Source: Octopus bimaculoides
Taxonomy: Eukaryota
Direction: 5' to 3'
Assembly: GCF_001194135.2 (NCBI RefSeq)
Contig: NC_068981.1
Coordinates: forward strand, 199,435,903 to 199,499,902
Length of the DNA: 64,000 bases
The translations under genes were made by a program, and so were the position numbers. The notes under the pieces were generated by a model. That model saw only the letters and a program-made list of their open reading frames with translations. It had not been told where the DNA came from and did not search any database. Positions within the stretch are counted from its first letter, which is position 1. Each line of letters starts with the position of its first letter. Shown here piece by piece: positions 59,990 to 64,000 of this stretch.

Positions 59990-60871
59990 CACAATTATTA
60001 TTAATATTTCAGTAGTTTTGTTTTTGTTGCTTGTCTTTCATTGCGCAACAGAGCGCAGCTCTGTGTGCCTTGGATACGTGCAGTGTTTCGTTTTTGTTTT
60101 GTCTTGCACTGGAACTACTGTGTATAATATTTGTGTAGTAACTTTTAGCAATATTTTCTGAATATTGTGTATATCTGTAAGTCCTTGCTGTTTGGTTATG
60201 CATTTGTCTGTCACTCTCCAAGCACTATTATAGACAGTCTTTTGTGCCGTTCCACATCCTGGTACTTTCCTGGGCGTTATAGTTGGATAGTTTCTCCATT
60301 TCTTTTAGCGATATCGATTGTTGGAAGTGATATTTCTATAATAATCACTTCTTTTCTTGGTGCTTTATTACAATAATATCCAATCGATTATCCCTGATCT
60401 CCTTGTCCTTGAGGTTTGTAATTTTTCTTGATATCGTCTCCATGTGACACACTTGTCGCCCAATTTTAACTCAGACTTGCCTTTCACAATATCTGTCCTT
60501 TCTCTTTCATTTCACTTTTTGTTATTTGATCCTTTGTTTTATATTTGTTATTTGATCCTTTGTTTTATATTTGTTATTTGATCCTTTGTTTTATATTTGT
60601 TGGTTTCCTTCAAAGCAAAAACATTTTTCCCGTTCGTGGTTTGCCTATTATTTTCACTGTTTGTAGTTTGTTCTATGTTAACTATATATATCCAATATGT
60701 ACATAATATTCTTTCATTGCTATTTCCTTCAAGTATTCCTATTCTAATCTGTTTGCGTCATCGATTATTGTCTGTCATGATCTAATTCTCTTATCGCTTT
60801 CGGTTTTTTTTGTCCAGTATGACATTATCCTCTCTTCAAGGTTGCCTGGGCGGAATTTTCTACCTTGGATC

Positions 60872-60964
<93 letters not shown>

Positions 60965-61619
60965 TGTGCATATATGTGGTGTGTTCTTCGGAAAACAACT
61001 TAGTTTCTTGCAGTTAATGATATATCGATATCTTCAGTGTTATTACAGTTAAGACTTTGTAAGCTGTAGGCAGCTTATTAATCCATAGCTGATGGGCAGA
61101 ATGCTGTTTTTTCTTTTTTTTCTTTTGGAATTGGTGAATAGGTGAATTTTCCTCTTCTTAGGCCACTTAGATGTTTTTTTTATATATTCTTTCATTAAGT
61201 CATTAAATATTTCTGCCGACCTTTCATGTGTTCCCTTTAAATAGGTCTACTTGATGTCTTGAATGTTATAATCTCTTCTTATCTACCGGTTATCTGTCTT
61301 CTGTAGTGCTGGATCACTTCTTGGGTTGAAATGGCCTTTCTATGACGTTTAAGGTCGTACATCAGTTATTTTCACCATTTTCTTGGTAACTATCTTTACT
61401 CTGTCTATATTCCTCCCTTAATTCTTTTAATTCTTCGACTGTTTGGGAGACGTTGATTTCTTTCTTATTTTCACCCAATTCCTGATAAAAATGTTTTAGC
61501 TTCAAGTCGAAATGTTTATTCTGTTCAAAAACCGTGGCTGTTTTTCATAATGAGGGACTCTTTGCGATTTAGACAGGATTTCTTGTTTCATACTTATTTT
61601 CCTTTTTTTTTTCAGATGC

Positions 61620-61664
<45 letters not shown>

Positions 61665-61780
61665 TTATGTTGTATTTCTATTGTATTTGTCACTTTTCCA
61701 TATCGTCTTTTCGTTATCGATTTCAATATGGATTAAAATATCTTTTCTCCTAATTTCTGTTTTCTTTTGTGTTTGTCTTT
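59990..61780 (-). mobile_element. Old R4/Dong-type non-LTR remnant, interrupted
   Basis: FYQELGENKKEI region near 61500, NRLDIIVIK...SLKEMEKLS near 60350, and a 3' UTR (CCAAGGCACACAGAGCTGC) shared with 63850-63900. Confidence 0.65.
60518..60600. repeat. 26-bp tandem repeat, 3 copies
   Basis: (TTTGTTATTTGATCCTTTGTTTTATA)3. Confidence 0.95.
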
Positions 61781-62714
61781 CATGTTTGCTCACCTTTTGA
61801 TATTTTATTATGAGTTGATCTTAGGATGTATGGTAAATAATTTATAAACTGAAAATGCGATGTAACATACAGAGCTACGTAAATAATTTGACTGTAATCG
61901 CATCGTCTGGAAATAAATTTTATTAGAAATGTTTCCGATCCACTAATGTCGCTTATAACATAGAATAATATTCAATAAATACAACAAATACATCGATCGT
62001 TCAGTATCCAGGAACATATATTACTCTTCTGACTTTTACACTACGGTACAAAATTAGGGAGATAGATTGCTTCCAGAAATATCTTCTTAACAATGTCACC
62101 GATCAACTGAGAAGAACATTTAATGCAATAAAGTTATTTTGCCATAAAATGCTAACAATGTCACACAGGCCAATGGTTTTTTGACAAAGAACTTAGGAAT
62201 AGTTATGTAGTTCAGGAGTTGATTTCGAAGTGCTTGATTTGGGGTTTAATCCAATTATACAGCAACTAGCATAAGTGCGTGCTGCCATATTTTAGAGTGG
62301 TTCAAACCTTGTAAATAAATGAGGTTGAACGAAAATGTGTTAATGCCTGTCTAATAGATTGTACTTATAGATTGGGTAATAGACTTAATCTGTCGTTTTC
62401 TTTAACATCTCTACAAGGTCCTTAAGTGGAACCAACTCCAACGCTGACCAAATTTAAACTGACAAAAGTGGAGGACAACCTTTATGTCTAAGAATTGAAT
62501 TCTTCAATTTAAAACGTGCCTTAATATTTCTACCAAAAATCCGGATGCCCCACAATAAACCAAATATGTTGCTTTTTACCATGGTACAGATAAGTTTTTT
62601 TGAACAGGAAAGTAAAATATTTGGGAAAATCTACATATTACTGGTACTAGGTAATTTTTTTTTTTTACATGAATTAGTCAGAGAAGGAAGGCTCGTGTTC
62701 CTTGCTCTTTTCAG

Positions 62715-62875
62715 GACATCTGAGATCGGAGATGGATGCTTCAAAGTGGACTCCACTAAAGATACTCAAGGGTGACATGGATGTTAAATCGGATGGCAAA
62801 TTAAAATTTACAAATGATTCCCTAAGAAAAGAGACAAAGTTAATTCAGGAGAAAACATGGAACATGGAACTTTAA
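62715..62875 (+). CDS. Candidate exon (HLRSEMDASKWTPLKILKGDMDVKSDGKLKFTNDSLRKETKLIQEKTWNMEL*)
   Basis: Strong gtgttccttgctcttttcag| acceptor; phase 1 frame open to TAA; protein-like. Confidence 0.4.
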
Positions 62876-63334
62876 AATATCGAGGCCAAGTCTTTGCTAA
62901 TTCACCCGGTGGCTCCTTCACTTTCTGCTGTAGGTAGAATAAAAACGGTTTTATTAACACAATATTCATTCAATTATGATACATTTAAGGTGATGTCATT
63001 TTGTACAACTTCGGTTTTGAACGAGTAGGCTATTAAACAAAGGCAATCCAACCATAACCATTCTGTCTTTATTCTGAGAATAGTGTACCTTGAACTACCT
63101 TATTCAAATTGTGGTTGGAGGGAGATTTTTTTGTACAGACACTTAAAGATTCGATTGTTGGCACATCGTAATTAATATTTACTAATAAGACATAACAAAA
63201 GGAAGCAGGTTTGTAACTAAACAAGGATTTCAACAATTGAATAAGATCTTATTGTGGATATTATGGTTATTAAGGGTGTCAAATAACTTTTGATGAATAA
63301 CAACACTAATATTTATATAAGTTTTATGACTGCA

Positions 63335-63535
63335 AGCTGGCAGAATCGTTAGCCCGCCAGGCAAAAAGCTTAGCAGTATTTCATCTGTCTTTATGTTTTG
63401 AGTTCAAATTCCACCCAGGTCAACCTTGTCTTTCATCCTTTTGAAGTCATTACAATAAGTACCAGTTGAGTACTGGGGTCGATGTAATTGACTTACTCTT
63501 TCCCCATAACTTGATGGCCTTATACCAGTATCTAT
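63335..63535 (+). mobile_element. tRNA-derived SINE with a Meta-domain-like core
   Basis: Homologous to 15063-15290. Confidence 0.75.
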
Positions 63536-63599
63536 AGAAGTTCTATATTTTATTCACCTGGATCATTTGTATTTACATATATACAACAGTTGAATGAAT

Positions 63600-63735
63600 A
63601 TATTATTTACAATTGACGGATATTTGTTTGTTGTTGTCATCTTTGTTGTTAACAACGTTTCGGCTGATATACCCTCCAGCCTTCATCAGGTGTCTTGGGA
63701 AAGTTTTGAACCTGGGTTCTCATTCGGAAGGTATT
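63600..63735 (-). mobile_element. Short hammerhead-containing repeat, copy 2
   Basis: Core at 63651-63694 is identical to 13154-13199 except for a 2-nt loss in the 3' strand of stem I. Confidence 0.75.
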
Positions 63736-63739
63736 TTTC

Positions 63740-63752
63740 GATGTTGTTGTTG

Positions 63753-63820
<68 letters not shown>

Positions 63821-64000
63821 GTTCAGTAGTCTTATTTTTATAACGTGCTTTCACTTCACTACTGAGTGCAGCTCTGTGTGCCTTGGGTATATGCTGTGGT
63901 TTGCTGTGATGCTCTTATGGTTACTGTATTGAAAGTGTTTTGCGTAGGATGTGTGCAGTGCCCAGTAGTGCAATTTTCTCTATGTTATAAATATTTGTTA
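63740..64000 (-). mobile_element. R4/Dong-type non-LTR 3' end with (TAA)n tail
   Basis: TNIYNIEKIALLGTAHILRKTLSIQ*, a short UTR, then a long (AAT)n. Confidence 0.85.

Overview
AT-rich eukaryotic scaffold with five N gaps and very dense microsatellites. The repeat families point to a coleoid cephalopod, probably Octopus; this is my inference, not a database match. No intact long ORF and no gene I can name. Most of the window is decayed mobile DNA: three mariner copies, a DD37D/maT Tc1-mariner, a Chapaev3-type CMC transposase, a Gypsy (Mag-like) pol remnant with one LTR, a probable solo LTR, many RTE LINE pieces and their (GAT)n-ending tails, three R4/Dong-type remnants, Penelope-like GIY-YIG remnants, MITEs and tRNA-derived SINEs. 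Scattered among these are small exon candidates with good splice sites and matching phases, suggesting one or more unidentified + strand host genes and possibly antisense exons. Best second-look items: (1) six type-I hammerhead ribozyme motifs from at least three sequence families, one intact and sitting in a ~150-bp mobile unit present twice; (2) a solo LTR with a TATA box, a Kozak-context 54-aa ORF and a polyA signal; (3) a PPT-LTR-PBS junction; (4) RTE 3' UTRs built of variable-number double-hairpin units; (5) several long inverted repeats that could form dsRNA; (6) a TTAGGG patch inside a transposase. Everything was read by eye, so repeat boundaries are approximate and exon models are hypotheses.
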